Shown in pieces: positions 14,520 to 32,318 of a stretch of 64,000 bases of DNA. The translations under genes and the position numbers were made by a program. Position 1 is the first letter of the stretch. Each line of letters begins with the position of its first letter. The stretch comes from the human T2T-CHM13v2.0 reference genome, Homo sapiens. The notes below the pieces were generated by a model. The model ran no database searches. It had not been told where the DNA came from and saw only the letters and a list, made by a program, of their open reading frames with translations. Location: the NCBI RefSeq assembly GCF_009914755.1, contig NC_060925.1; one strand, 5' to 3'.

Positions 14520-15122
14520 ACATAGCCCATATTCTCTTAAATATTAAAAATATTTCAAATTCCAAAGTTGAAATTGTTTGATTCTCTGAAACATTTCTTT
14601 GCTCAATTCTTGTCAAGCTTAAAAAATGAGAGCCTACTAAGGCAATGATGTTGTCACACCAAGAAAATTTCGAGCTTAGTTTTCCAACCCATTTTTGGGG
14701 TTCCTACCTCCTCTAAGATTCCTTAATGTCCACGGAAACTTCAGGCTTGGATGGAGGTTTTGTCCAAGGTCTTGATAGGACACAAGTCCTATTGTTAGTC
14801 ATTTAAACAGGATTTCCCATAACCTAAAAAGGGTGGTGGCATAGTCTGTGTCCCCAGGGTTCAGCATATGCATTTCCTATTTCTTAAGTCAGATCTGGGG
14901 CTAAGTAATACCCTCCCAGGTAGCTTCACCACTTGTTTGGTTTCAATTGGTGTTTTAGTCCACTTTGCATTATAAGGAATGCCTGAGGCTGGGTAATTGA
15001 TAAGGAAAAGAGGTTTATTCAGCTCATAGTCCTGCAAGCTGTATAAGAAGCGTAATGCCTGGATGACCCAGCCTTGGCAAAATACTAAAAGCAAGAAAAA
15101 AATAAAAATGAAAAGAAGCATT

Positions 15123-16630
<1,508 letters not shown>

Positions 16631-16816
16631 CCAGCAGATGGTTTTACTGCTTGATTCTATTCTGGATTCTGTTCAAAGACTTTTTATCTCTTGGGGACCA
16701 CTCTGCTACAGGTATTTAAATGACATCCAATGGAATCTCCTCACTTTGGTTCCTGGGGACATTTCTAAGGTTTTTATGGGGACAGTGAGTCACAGCTTAA
16801 GCAACCAGGACTCAGC

Positions 16817-16990
16817 TAAAGAAATTGGGTGGTGCACACCTGTGCTGTAGGCCCACCTACCCTGGAGGCTGAGGCAGGAGGATTGCTTGAGCCCAGGAGA
16901 TCGACGCTGTAGTGAGTTATGATCACACCACTGCATTCCAGCCTGGGTGACAGAGACCCTGTCTCAAAAAAAAGAAAAAAAAGAAAAGAA
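16817..16990 (+). mobile_element. Alu right monomer (FRAM/AluJ)
   Basis: ggaggattgcttgagcccagg...gagaccctgtctc plus A tail. Confidence 0.85.
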
Positions 16991-17177
16991 GGGCTTGGTG
17001 CCCTCCTCGTGGTAATGAGTGAGTTCCACACTCTTTACTGATAATGAGCTGGGGGAGTGGAGGTGGACTCCGGGGTGGGGGCCTCTTTTCCATTCAGGTT
17101 TTGGCTTCTCTGGCCACTCCTTCACTCTCTAGCCTCGATTATTTTCCTCAGACTATGTCACCAGCTGAAAATATCTT

Positions 17178-17331
17178 ATGTAGGCAAAGAAAAACATGAG
17201 GCACCCAGTTACATCTGAATTTCAGGTAAACACCAAATAATTTTTCCAGGTTCAAAATATTGCATGGGACATTCATCGTTTCTTCAAGATGCACATTTGA
17301 CTGAGCTCTCTGTTGTTTATCTGGCAACCTT
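17178..17331. mobile_element. MER53-like palindromic MITE
   Basis: cccagttacatctgaatttcaggtaaaca ... tttatctggcaacct. Confidence 0.7.
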
Positions 17332-18139
17332 ACTTATGTCAATGATTGCCTGTTCCACATTCTCCCCAAATACCCCATAAGCCCACGAGGGTTCAGTCTG
17401 TCTCTGTCATGTTCATTGCTATGTTCTTGGTGCCCTGTGAAGGACCCAGCTCATGGTAGGTACTCTGTGAATGAATGAATGATTTCAGAACCTGAGAGAG
17501 GTCCCTGTTTAGCAGCTGGTGCAGAGGGAGTGCTACAGGGAGGCAGGTTTAGGCTCTTCCCAAGGTCAGGGATGTGACTGAGAAGCCAGCTGCCTCTGGA
17601 GGGCATGTGTCCCCCTGGGGCATTTCTGGCTCAGACTGGTCCTCCCTTTTTGGGGGGGTTGTCCTTGGCGATCTATGAAGACATCAGAGTGAGTCTTTAC
17701 TGAGTTCAACACTGAATTTTCTTCTTGAGGCTGCCTGGGCTCTGACTGGGTTTTACCCCATAGAGGTACAACCTGGACACATTTGTTGAGTTGGTTTTTC
17801 CAGTGTCTTACTGTGTGTGGCTGGGACCAGTGCAGACCCTGGCCCGGGAGGCTCTGCGGTGCCTCTGAGCCCTGACACTCTGTCTGCCCCACCGTCCTGA
17901 GGTTGAGATGGCCCCACAGCCAAGTGGAGTGCGTCCCTGAGTCCTGTGGAATCCCAGTGCCCACTCAGGGCATGGCTTCTGGAGGTCCAAGAGAGGACAC
18001 AAAGGTCACACAGGTGGGCTGCAGAAATGTGTCCTCCCTTGGCATCAGGAGGGCGACCTCCTGCCCTCACAGGCTCTCACGGGCTCCAAGCAGGGGCCCC
18101 GGGGTCTCCTGTGGGGCTGAGCTGCATGGAGTCACCTTT

Positions 18140-18879
<740 letters not shown>

Positions 18880-19039
18880 CCTTGCTCCCCAGCCAGGGCT
18901 TGCGGTGGATGCCTGGCCTGCAGCTGAGGACTGGCAGCAAGGCCTGGATTCCCAGAGGCCCTGTGAGGGGTCAGAGCCTCAACCTCAGCCTTGATGGAGC
19001 TGACTGCGTGCACAGATGTGCCGACACTCTCACCCGGCC

Positions 19040-19675
19040 CAGGCACACATGTATGCATGCACACACACACACACACACACACCCCTTGGGGGCTACCTAC
19101 ACAACACCTGTGCACACACGCCCACACACCTGTGCACCCCCACATGCACACACACACATCCCTACCTACCCACACACCTGTGCACCCCCGCATGCACACA
19201 CACATATGCACACACCCCTACCTACCCACACAACACCTGTGCACACACACTTACACACCTCTGTACCCCCCACATGTACACACACTCTCACACATACACA
19301 CATCCCTACCTACCCACACACCTGTGCACACACACACCCATACACCTGAGCACCCCCGCATGCGCACGCGCACACACACACTCCTATCTACCCACACACC
19401 TATGCACTCACCCACACGCCATGCACCCACATGCACACACAGATGCACACGCACACACACACTCCTACACCTACTCATAGAACATCTCTTTGCACAGCCA
19501 CACACCTGTGCAGCCCTACCCACATGCACATACACACACACAGCCCCCTACACCTACTCACAGAACACCTGTGCACACACTCACACACCCATGCACCTCC
19601 TCCATGCACACACAATCTCTTCCTCCATCCTTCCCAACCCCCCGCCCACCCCCACACAATTCCCACACACAGCAT
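19040..19675. repeat. Complex CA-rich tandem repeat
   Basis: Recurring ~45-50 nt unit cacatccctacctacccacacacctgtgcacccc.catgcacaca. Confidence 0.9.
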
Positions 19676-19859
19676 GTCCTGCCTCAAGCCTGTTGAGCTC
19701 CAGGAAGTATGAGCTCCTGGTGGCCTCCCTGACATACTCTTTGTGGCCTTTCTCCAGCACCTTGTGCTGGTTCTCAATGGCCTTTAGCTCAAAATAGTCT
19801 ATGTGCCGAAGAGACATATTTTGGGGTGGCTAGCACCCCTCTAGGAGAGCTTGCCTCCC

Positions 19860-20550
19860 CTATGGCATGAGCGAGGAAATGATCCTTTTCCTCCACCCAC
19901 CTTAGGCTTTCTGGCTGGGGCCCCATAAGGGAGACTCGAAAAAGACAGATGAACAAGAGAAAAACAAACAGAAGTTCATTAATAAGTGCATTGTGTATAC
20001 ACATGAGAGCACCCAGCGATCAGTAACCAAAGGGGTGGGTGGGACTGGGGTTTAAATATCAACAAAGGAAAAGGGGTTTTGAGTTTCTGGGCTGGGGAGG
20101 GCTGTTCTGGGAAGGGGTCAGGAGGAGATGTAGGTAAATAAGAGTTATCTTGTTCTGCAGAGAAAAGCCTCAGGTGACAGCAGGGCTCCCCAGGAGCAGC
20201 TCTCTCCCACGTATGAGACATCTTTACACATGGAAATTTCCCTTACAAAAGGGTCTATTTGTACAGCTGCTCCATGACTTATGATGGTGCCTTTTCGACT
20301 TACAATATTTTCCATTTATGATGGGTTTATTCTGAGTTAACCCATTGTAAGTCCAGGAGTGTACTGAATGCACCATCACAGCCGAAAAACCCCAAATTGG
20401 ACCATGGTAAGTTGGGGATTGTCTGCACTCAATTTTTAGGCAGTTAGGAGGAGATAAGGAGCTTTTCCTGTGGTGGCTGGTTCTCAACGGCCTTTAGCTC
20501 AAAATAATCCATGTGCCAAAGTGGCCTATTTTAGGGTGGCTGGTACCCTT
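19860..20550 (-). mobile_element. MER34/MER39-like ERV1 LTR with a Tigger3-like insert at ~20263-20425
   Basis: cctttagctcaaaataatccatgtgccaaagtggcctattttagggtggc terminus; insert ends cagctgctccatgacttatgatgg / gtaagttggggattgtctg. Confidence 0.6.
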
Positions 20551-21281
20551 TGCCAGCAAGCTGCAGAGCCAGGGTGCAGACTAGGCTTTCCGCTCCAGAA
20601 TCTGTGCCCCAGATGTTCCACTAAGCTGCCAGCAGTAGCCCCATACAATACGCATACAACACCAACACACGCATGAAATATACACGAGAGGGGTGCATCC
20701 CCATCAAGGTCCTCATGCACACACAGGCACGTCTATGCACGCATACCTCACTCTCCTCCTCCCAGTCCCCCTGCATCCACCCATCCTCACACAGGTGCAT
20801 ACACCCACACACCTAGTATGCATAGGCACAGATATACGCACACACGCGCACGTGCTCACTCTCCCAGTCTCCCACGCACAGTCAGAGTCACGTTCTTTGT
20901 GCCTGGAAAGGAAGCTGAGTCTGTAGAAAAGCTTGTAGCCGGCTCTGACTCTGACCCCAATCTCATGTCATCCTTCCACCACCTGTGGGGATCTTCAGAG
21001 TGACCCCTCCATCCTCTCCCAGGGCAACCCAGCACTCACCATTGTCACGTGCCTCTCAGGTGGCTGTGGGTCAGGGCCCTGAAGCAAGGGATCTGGCGGG
21101 GAAGGGGGACCCAGCCAATGGTTAATGGAAATAGGGTAACACGAGCCCCAGCCCTCAGGATCTGGTAGGCAGCAGGGGAAGGCGGGCCTGAGCTGCACAG
21201 ACTCGGCACTGTACCCTGCCTGCCCTGCAGAGATGAAACTCCCCTCCAGAAAGGAGATTGGGGCACTGGGCTTGCATTTAG

Positions 21282-21586
<305 letters not shown>

Positions 21587-21895
21587 ACATCTGGGTTTGA
21601 ACCCTTGCTCGGCCGCCTGCCAGCTGGCTGGCCTTGCACAAGTTACGTAACCTCTCTGAGCATCAGTTTTTAAAATCTATTACATGAGGACGAGGACTAT
21701 AAATAAATAAGAAGAGCTACTGCCTATGGAGCACTTACTATGTGCCAGACACTGAGCTAAGGAGATTAGATGGATTAATTACTGTAATTCTCCCCAAAAC
21801 TTTCCAGGACAGATCTGTGTGAAACTGCCATTATTATAGGTCCAAAGAGTCAAATGTTGACAAATTTACCTGGTTTAGCCTAATATTATTATCCC

Positions 21896-22405
21896 TGTTG
21901 AGAGGATTCAGAATGTACTACCCCAAAATATGGTGCTTTGGATATTGAATATTTGAAACTGAAAGAATTTGAGAAACGGCAGGTGCAGGAAGGACTCTCC
22001 GAGCTTTCCTCGGAAGCAGATCACAAGACCTTCAGGTGAGAGGTGCCCTCCCTGTACCTGGAGGAAAGAAGCATCTTCACCTCTGAAGATAGAGGGACAG
22101 GAATGCCGAGAGGAATCCAAACAAGCCACCCTGCTGGGTGTTCCCAGTTCACTGCCCTTAGCTCAGATTCTTCTGTCCTTCACATTTTCCCATAACTCCC
22201 CACCCTTCATCCAACCCAGCAAAAAAAGGCTTAGCTCGAACCGCTTCTGTGGGTCTTCATTTTCTTATGAAGGCTCCTGTGTCATGTAAAATTTATATTA
22301 AATACATTTGTGTGCTTTTTCCTTGTTAATCTGTTTTTTATTACAGGGGCTCCAATCAAGAACCTAGAAGGACAGAAGGAAAAGTTTTTTCCTTTGCTAC
22401 CCTAT
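21896..22405 (+). mobile_element. MER34/MER39-like ERV1 solo LTR inserted in a MIR
   Basis: cagaatgtactaccccaaaatatgg start; attaaatacatttgtgtgcttttt...aacctagaagg end; MIR halves at ~21710-21830 and 22406-22510. Confidence 0.7.
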
Positions 22406-23800
22406 GTTACAGATGAGGAAACTGAGGCTCAGAGAGGGGAAGCAACCTGCCCAAGGTCACACAGCCAGCACAAGGTAGAGCTGGAATTCGAACCCGGTCT
22501 ACCTGGCTCTTCTGTTACACTTTCAGTCCCGATGCTAGCTTTGGTGTGAACCAAACCAGAACACGTCAAGTGTTTAGCACAGCACCAGGCAAACAGTAAG
22601 TGCTCAACAAATGCATGGTTCTTTTCCTTGTTTTCCTTTCTTGACTTTCAGGACAAAGCTCTTAACCCCTTAATGGGCTCAATGACTGACACTGGCTTGA
22701 TGATTGACTCCGCCCACCACCATGTGTCTCTTACTCCAGTGCTGGGACGAAATCACGTGCTGACCCCTCCCCACATCTCACCCTCATCTTCCTCCATCAT
22801 CCAAATAGTTCCTGGCAGAAGCAATCCATCCTCTTTCAGGGATTCGTCCTGGATGGGCACCTCCCTGCCAGGTGCACACTTCCCTTCTTCCTGGGCTGAG
22901 GCTCAACAGCTCATTCAGTTGGTTCTGCATTTGCCCATGGATGCCCTGATCTGGTGCAACCAGCCAGGGCTCTGGAGCCAGCATGCCTCCTGAGGTCTTT
23001 AGCTCATGTTGGCTGAGCACCTCTCCTGTGTCAGGCCCTGGGCTAAGTATTTTCTGTGTTACCGAATTTCATTCCCACAACAACCCGTTGAGGGGCGTAC
23101 TTTTCTTCTTCTCATTTGACAGAAGCTGAGACTGAGGCTCTGAGACTTGAAGGGATTTGCAGACATGAGGTGATTTGTAGGCATGAGGATAAAGGAGGGC
23201 TGTGACAGCCACTCAGGAACACAGGAGCACATCCCTGTGCAGGTGATGTTTGGGGAGACCCTTGACAAGGGGCTAGCCTCTCAACAGGGAGAGGTGGGGA
23301 GGTGAGGAGTGAAGGGAAGGGCAAGCTGGGCAGAGGAGACCACGGGAGCAAGGCAGGAAGACAGGTCTGGCTTCTGGTGTCTTTAAGGAGTGGATGGAGA
23401 GGGTGGAAGGAAAATAGGGCTGGGCTGTGAAGCACCTTGGGCAGCAGCCAGTGGCCAGAAGACAAGGTTGCAGCAGCTAGGAAGCTCAGAGCATGCCTGA
23501 GCAATAAGACCCTTGGACGGGAATCAGGCAGGGAGAAGAAGGCTGCTGGGGGTCAGAAGGGATTTGTGCCCCAGATAGGACAAGTGTTCCTGGCTTCTAG
23601 AAGATCCCCTCCACCCAGGACATTCTGATTTTCCATGGTTCTAAGAATCTGCAAGTTTAACACATTCTGGTTAAATAACTCCACCATTTTAATGGTTTTT
23701 ATATTTTAACAATTTAGCACCCTAAGATTCCCTAATTCTAACATTTTCAGGGCCTAAGTTCCTGCATTTCTTCCATTCTAAACTTATACTAAAAGACTTA

Positions 23801-24145
<345 letters not shown>

Positions 24146-24397
24146 CTTAAGAGAACTTAAAAGCTCAGAGCTTGTATAATCACACCTTCTGCAGAGTCTG
24201 AGCACTTCAGATCATGTAATTTGAAGATTCTATGATTAATTTCAGGAAGGTGCTGAGCATGTGGGTGGGGAAGGCAGGGGGACAGGTCTGGGTGCATAAG
24301 TATCACCCTGCCTCTCATGTCAACTTCCCAAGGGCTGGGTACAGAAGAGGCATCAGGAAGTATTTACAGAATGACTGTTTGGGCAAGAAAGGACAGG

Positions 24398-24855
24398 TGT
24401 CTTAGTCTGTTTTCTGTTTCTTATAACAGAATACCTGAATCTGGATAATTTACAAAGAAAGGAATTTATTTCTTACAGTTATGGAGGCTGAGACGTCCAT
24501 TGCCAAGGGGCTGCATCTGGTGAGGTCCTTCTTGCTGCTGGTGACTCTCTGCAGAGTCCCATAGTGGTGCAGGACATCAGCTGGTGAAGAAGCTGAGTGC
24601 TCACAGGCTAGCTCAGCCCTCTCTTGCTTTTCTTATAAAGCCACCAGTTCCTCTCCCATGATCACTTAATGGATCAATTGATGGGTTACTCTATTAACCC
24701 ATTAATTCACTAATCCATGACTGGATTAACCCATTCATAAGGGCAGAGCCCTCATGACCCAATCACCTCTTAAGGGCCCCACCTCTCAGTACAGCCACAT
24801 TGGGGATTAAATTTCAACATGAGTTTTGGAAGAGACAAATATTCAAACCATAGCA
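24398..24855 (-). mobile_element. MaLR solo LTR (MSTC/D-like)
   Basis: tgtcttagtc...caaaccatagca with 5-bp TSD ACAGG (24393-24397, 24856-24860). Confidence 0.9.
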
Positions 24856-25259
24856 ACAGGCCTGGCTTGTGGGTGGAGATGGGGGTTAGGGGTGGTTCTG
24901 AGTCAGGTTTGAACGGGAAAAGCTGGGAGGAAACAGTCAAGTGCATTTGCAGGGAAGCCCACACAAAGTTTCAGATAAAAGTTTGAGCATTTGAGTTGGT
25001 ATTTGTTGGCATGCAACTAAGTGGGACTACAGGTCCAGTTCCATGACTGCTATGAAGCCAGGGTAAAACAAGAATTGGGTTGGCCAACTTTTTCTATAAA
25101 CAGCCAGAGAGTAAATATTTTAGATATTATGGAGCGAGACATGTATTAAAATCTTTTGGCACAGATGCAGTGTCATTGCCTAATAAGCACAATGTCTTGC
25201 TATCTAACTGGATAACAAAATAATGCACACTTCGCTGGGCCTTAAAAATGTGACACTCC

Positions 25260-26450
<1,191 letters not shown>

Positions 26451-26604
26451 CAACATTGGAAGTCCACTCTTCTTGTTTTGACATGACGTGTATGCACTGG
26501 TTATAAAAAAAGAAAATACTGCCCCACAGCGATGTGCATGCTGTCGACTTGGAGCTGTGGCATGTGGTTCGTAGTGTGCTGAGCAGCCACACAAAGAGAT
26601 GAGA

Positions 26605-26850
26605 GCAGTGACTCTCGGTGCCTACTACTGAGCTCTGCCATTGTAGCAGGAAAGCAGCCCAGATAAATGTAACACACGGGCCTGGCTGTGTCCCCATAAA
26701 ACTTTATTTGTGGACACTAAAACTGAATTTCATTTAATTTTCATGAGAATGTCACAAGATTTTCTTCTTTCAGTTTTTTTTCTCCAACCATTAAAAAAAA
26801 ATGTAAAAACCATTCTTAGTTCATTCACGGTAGTTGCCGACCCCTGGTCT
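26605..26850 (+). mobile_element. MER58-family hAT MITE (5' piece at ~25077-25135)
   Basis: ctactgagctctgccattgtagcagg...cataaaactttatttgtggacact...gttgccgacccctg. Confidence 0.75.
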
Positions 26851-27039
26851 AAAACATCACATTTCTTGATCATTTGGCCAATTTTTTTTTTCTGAGAATT
26901 GACTGTAATTCTATTTAGTAGGAAGGCTCTTTGGAAGGGGTGATATTTGAAGGGAGACTCAAAGGAGGAGGAGAAGAAAGCAGCTTGAAAAGCCAAGAAA
27001 CCAATATTCCAGGCAGAGGGAAGAGTAAGACAAAAGTGT

Positions 27040-27790
27040 TTATGCCAGAATGAATCTACCAAACTCAAACTCAGGGACATTCTATAAAATAACTTGCCTG
27101 GATTCCAAAAATGACAAAGTCATGAAACAGACAACTGAGGAACTGTTCCACATTAAAAGAAACTACAGAGACATAATGATTGGAGGCAATATATGATATT
27201 GGATTTACTTTTGCTAAAACGGGCACCATGTTGACAATTGGTGAGATCCCAAGGAGATCTGTGGATTAGATAGTAGTATTGTATCAGTGTTAATTCCTGA
27301 CTTTGATTCTTGTACTTTGGTTATCTAAGATAATTCCATACTTTTAGGAAATATACACTCAAGTATTTATGGTAAAGAATATCATGCCTGCAATTTGCCA
27401 CTAAGTGGTTCAGAAAAATATATACATATGTAGTATAAAAGTATAAAACTATTATATATGCACATGTGTGTATATATACACACATATACGTATGTATGCA
27501 TACATATGTACATATATCCATATGTATGTGTATGTATGTACATATATCCATATGTGTATATATACACACACAGATACATACATGTGTGAGTGTATATATA
27601 TATATTTTGGGAAGAGAGAGAGAAACAGAGAGAGAGGGAGAGGGAGAATCCTAGTGTAGTAAGATAATATTTGGGGAATCTAGGTGATGTGGATGATGGG
27701 TAGGGTATCTGGGAATTCTTTGTATTATTGTTGCAGTTTTTCTGTAAGTCTGAAATTATGTCAATAGAAAAGATTAAAACAAAGTATAGG
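27040..27790 (+). mobile_element. L1MC-like 3' fragment with embedded (TA/CA/GA) microsatellite at 27420-27645
   Basis: actgaggaactgttccacattaaa...tcagtgttaattcctga...ttttctgtaagtctgaaatt. Confidence 0.75.
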
Positions 27791-28109
27791 ATTGATCATT
27801 CTATTTTATATGTCTCTTGATCAATATTGAGAAAAAGCCTTCTAAAAAAAGATGGTACTACTTATCTTCTCACCAATGGCAAATGAGAGTGTTTGTTTCT
27901 CTATATCTATGCCAATACTGAGTATAATTAATCTTTTGAATCTTTGCTATCGTGTTAGATTAAAAGTAGATCTCATTTGTCTTAGTGGGCATTTCTTTGG
28001 TTATAATTGGAGCTGAGCACAATTTTCAATGTGTACTGGCCATCCATATTTTTTCTTTCATGTAAATAGGGAAGCGAAGGGGGCTAGGACCAGACCCTAG
28101 GCCCCTTCT

Positions 28110-28545
28110 ACACTTAGAGGAGGAGCCGAGACAGTGTGGTGTCATGGAAGCCAAGGAAAGAAGATGCTTCAAGAAGGAGGGAGGACAACTGTGTCCAAAG
28201 CTGCCAAGAGGGCCAGTAAGATGGGGACAGAGGAGTGACCATTGGATTTGATGGCCTGGAGGTCTTAGTTGAGTGTTGGGATGAATGCTTTGTTAGAGTG
28301 GGTGGAGGAGAGAATGAGAGGTGACATTTTGAAGAGACGGATTGTACCAACTCTTTAAGGAATTTTGCTATGAAAGAGAGTGGAGAAATTGGGCAGGCAC
28401 TGGAGGGGGAGGTGACACCAAGGAACAGTGACGCTCTATGTTTGCTTATGGGAATGATTCGGAAAAGAGAGAAACTGGTAATGCAAGAGAAAGCAGAGAT
28501 AACAGGAGAAATGAAGTTTTTCAAAAGAAGAGAGGGGATGGTATA
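28110..28545 (-). mobile_element. L2 fragment
   Basis: gtggtgtcatggaagccaagg...ccattggatttg...ctctttaaggaattttgct. Confidence 0.75.
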
Positions 28546-28696
28546 TTCTCCTTAGGTGACCTCATTCAGTTCCACAGTGAAAGTCCCATCCAGGCACCAG
28601 GGACTCCCAATTGCAGATTCCCTCTTCACCCTGACACTCCCCTGCACCTCAGTGGCATGCACACACCTGCCTGTTGGAGCTCTCTTCATGAATGGT

Positions 28697-29029
28697 TGTC
28701 TTAGTGCGTTTGTGCTGCTGTAGCAAAAATACCTGAGACTGGGTAATATATAAAGAACAGAACTTTACCTCTCACAGTTCTGGAGGCCAAGCAGTCCAAG
28801 ATCCAGGTGCCAGAAGATTCAGTGTCTGGTGAGGACTGCTGTCTGCTTCCAAGATGGTGCTTTCTTGCTGTGTCCTCACATGACAGAAGAGTTGGAAGGG
28901 GCAAATCAACTCCCTCAAGCCCTTTTGTAAAGATGCTAATCCCATCCTGAAGGTCCCGTCTCTTAATACTATCACATTGGGTCTTAGGTTCCAACATGAA
29001 TTTCAGAGAGACACATTTATACCGTAGCA
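28697..29029 (-). mobile_element. MLT1A-like MaLR solo LTR
   Basis: tgtcttagt...accgtagca with 5-bp TSD ATGGT (28692-28696, 29030-29034). Confidence 0.88.
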
Positions 29030-29194
29030 ATGGTCAGTGGGCACTCAAGCCCAACTTGGCCAAAAATAAAGACTCATGACTTTGGATAAGTTAAGTATTC
29101 TGGGCCTCAGTTTCCACATCTGTAAAATGGGGATACTATCAGCATGGACTTTATAGAGTGGTTGTGAGGATTACAGAAGAGAATCCATGTAGAG

Positions 29195-29262
29195 CAGTGT
29201 TCTCACCAGGAATGATGAGTGGGCCTTTTGGCAGTGTCTGGAGACATTTTTTGGTTGTCCAA

Positions 29263-29313
<51 letters not shown>

Positions 29314-29470
29314 TACGCTCACACATGTATACTTGCATGCACACTAATGGTGTCTAGTGGGTAGGGGCCAGAGATGTTGCTTAACACCCCACAATGTATA
29401 GGACAACTCCACAGCAAAAAATGATCTCATCTCAAATAGCAACAACGTAGAGATTGAGAACTCCCTGATG
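29195..29470. mobile_element. MER20 with internal (CT)n(GT)n, inserted in a MIR
   Basis: cagtgttctca...gtctggagacattttttggttgtc...gattgagaactccctg. Confidence 0.75.
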
Positions 29471-29529
29471 TAAAGCAAGCCAGGCACAGAGGAAAAACTT
29501 GGTAAATGTGAGCTCTTACTATTATTTTG

Positions 29530-30412
29530 AAACTTCTCTCCAAACCAGCTCCTGCCCATCTTCTGCCATTTTCCCACCTAAGAAGAAGTACCACCATCTA
29601 CCCACCAATTTTTCAAGGCAAAAAATATGTATACACAGTTTCCTTGAGACTTAGTTTCCTCTCATCCCCAATTCCAGTCCATGATTAGCAAATCCCATCA
29701 ATTTCTATCCCTAAAACATCCTGAATGCTTGCACCTCCACCTCCACCCTTTCCACTTTATGCCAAGTGTTTGTCAATTCTCCCTTGGGCTAATTCAGGGG
29801 CCTCCTAACTGGATTCCCTGCTTCTGCTCTCATTTTTGTCGACTCTCCACACAGTGGCCAAAGTGATAGTTTGAAAACGTAACCAGATCACACCCTTCTC
29901 CTGCTTAAAATCTCCCAGGTCTTCCTGCCTCACTCAAATCTCAACTCTGTCCCCCGCTTACAGTCCCGCACGCTCCAGCCGGTCCCGTACTCTACACTTT
30001 CCTCCTTGCCCACTTCTCTCCAGCCACGCTGGCCTCCTCTTAGCTTCTTAAATATTCCTGGCTCACTCCTTCTTGGAGATCTTGCACTATCTTTGCCGGT
30101 CCCTCCTCTGGAAGGCTTTCCCCCCTGGCCATTGCATGGCTGCCCATTCTTGGCATTCAGTTATCAGCACCTCCTTGCAAGATCTTTCCTGACCACCCCT
30201 TCTAGAGTAGCTGTGTCACCTCTATCAGATCACCCTATTTTACTTTGCTCCATATACCTGCCATAGGAGAGATATATGTTTATTTGCTTGCCTGTTTCGC
30301 CTCACTAGGCCATTCCATGAGAACAGGGACCTTGTCTTGTTCATCATGTACCTCCAGTGTCTAGAGCCATGCCTCGTATGCAGTAGTGGCTCAATGAATC
30401 ATTGTTGAATTG
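29530..30412 (+). mobile_element. L2 3' region
   Basis: ccagatcacacccttctcctgcttaaaa...cagggaccttgtc...ctcaatgaatcattgttgaattga. Confidence 0.75.
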
Positions 30413-30443
30413 ATTTTACATTATGTGGCTTGCCTCTTTGTGA

Positions 30444-30846
<403 letters not shown>

Positions 30847-32081
30847 TTGTCTTTTGATTCGTAAAAGGTGTTTGCTGAAATAAATGGTGCAAACTTTTAA
30901 CTGTGATCGTGTAAGTTCCTAGCTGTAGCCACCTGGGTGAAGTGTTCCAGCTTTGCAATATAAACAGTGAAAAATCATTAATGGACACTTAGAGTTGGCC
31001 ATCTCATATGCAGGATCAAAGGGAGGGACCATTTCCCCTCCTTGGAATGCTGAGGAGCTTGGACTCTTAGGTTCTTGCCCTGACTTGGCCAGTGGTATGA
31101 GCAGATGACTTTTCGGCATGTCTCTTTGGCTGAGCTGAGTCACTTGCAAATTGGGGATAATGAGGTTTGTCTTTGGCTCATCAGCTTGGTGTGTTTTCAG
31201 CTTTTCAGGTGGTAGGGTTTTAATCAACAGGTCCACACATATTTAGTGAGTTCCCTGTCTGTGCCAGGATGGTGAGGATCCTGATAGAATAAGACATGGT
31301 TCTGCCTTCAAAGAGTTTACAGTCCAGAGAAGGAGAGAGACAAGTACACAAATCACTATAGTGGCTACAAGAAACAAATGTGTGCACAGGCACAGATGTA
31401 CCCAAGAAGAAGTGGGTGACCGTCTAGAGGGAGGGCAAGGAAGACTTCCCAGAGGAGATGTCATCTGACTAGGGTTTGAAGAACTGAATAGGAGTTCGTT
31501 AGACAAGGCCGGAGAAGGTGGGGGTGGGGGGCGTGTGTGTGCAGGGGGTACTGTCATAGCAGAGGGAACTGCATATGCAAAGGCTTGGAGATAACAGCAT
31601 AATGGATATGGGGAAACCACAGTCCTATGGGATTCTTGTCTGGCTGACCCAACACTTCCATTACTTCTTTCCTTTCCCCACTTTGTCTTGAGCCAATGTG
31701 GTCCTGGGGAGGTGGCTGCTGTTTGATTGCAGGAGGGCTGAGCCTCCTTAGGAAGGGATAGGAGATAGTGCTGCTAGAAGGCACTGCCTGGGAGGAACAG
31801 GTCTTCAGGGGGCTTGTTAAGCATCCTTCCTTTGTACCACAAGGGAAGAGGCAGAAGGAGGCTCTGCTCCATGTCTCTCTGGCTTGTCTCAGTAGTGTCA
31901 CTCATCATGGGGGAGGATCTTTTCCAGGAGCAGAGAAACCACAGGGCTGGAACCCTGGGAGAATTGGAGAATATTGGGCTGAATGGCAAAGCTAGGGAGA
32001 ACCTGAGCTACCTTAGTTTGGAGAGGACAAAATATTTCATCTTCCCTAGCACCTCTACCCTTGGTGCTTGGGGACTGCTAG

Positions 32082-32318
32082 TTTTGTTTTAAGAAACAGG
32101 GCCTCACTCTGTCACCCAGGTTGGAGTACAGTGGCTTGATCATGGCTCACTGCAACCTCAAACTCCTGGGCTCAAGTGATCCTCCCACCTCAGCTTCCTA
32201 AGTAGCTATCACTACAGATGCGCACCAGTACGCCAGGCTAATTTTTTTACTTTTGTAGAGACGAGGTCTCACTATGTTGCCCAGGCTGGTCTTGAACTCC
32301 TGGCTTCAACCAATCCTG
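32082..32318 (-). mobile_element. AluJ, 5'-truncated
   Basis: ctcctgggctcaagtgatcctcccacctcag. Confidence 0.85.
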
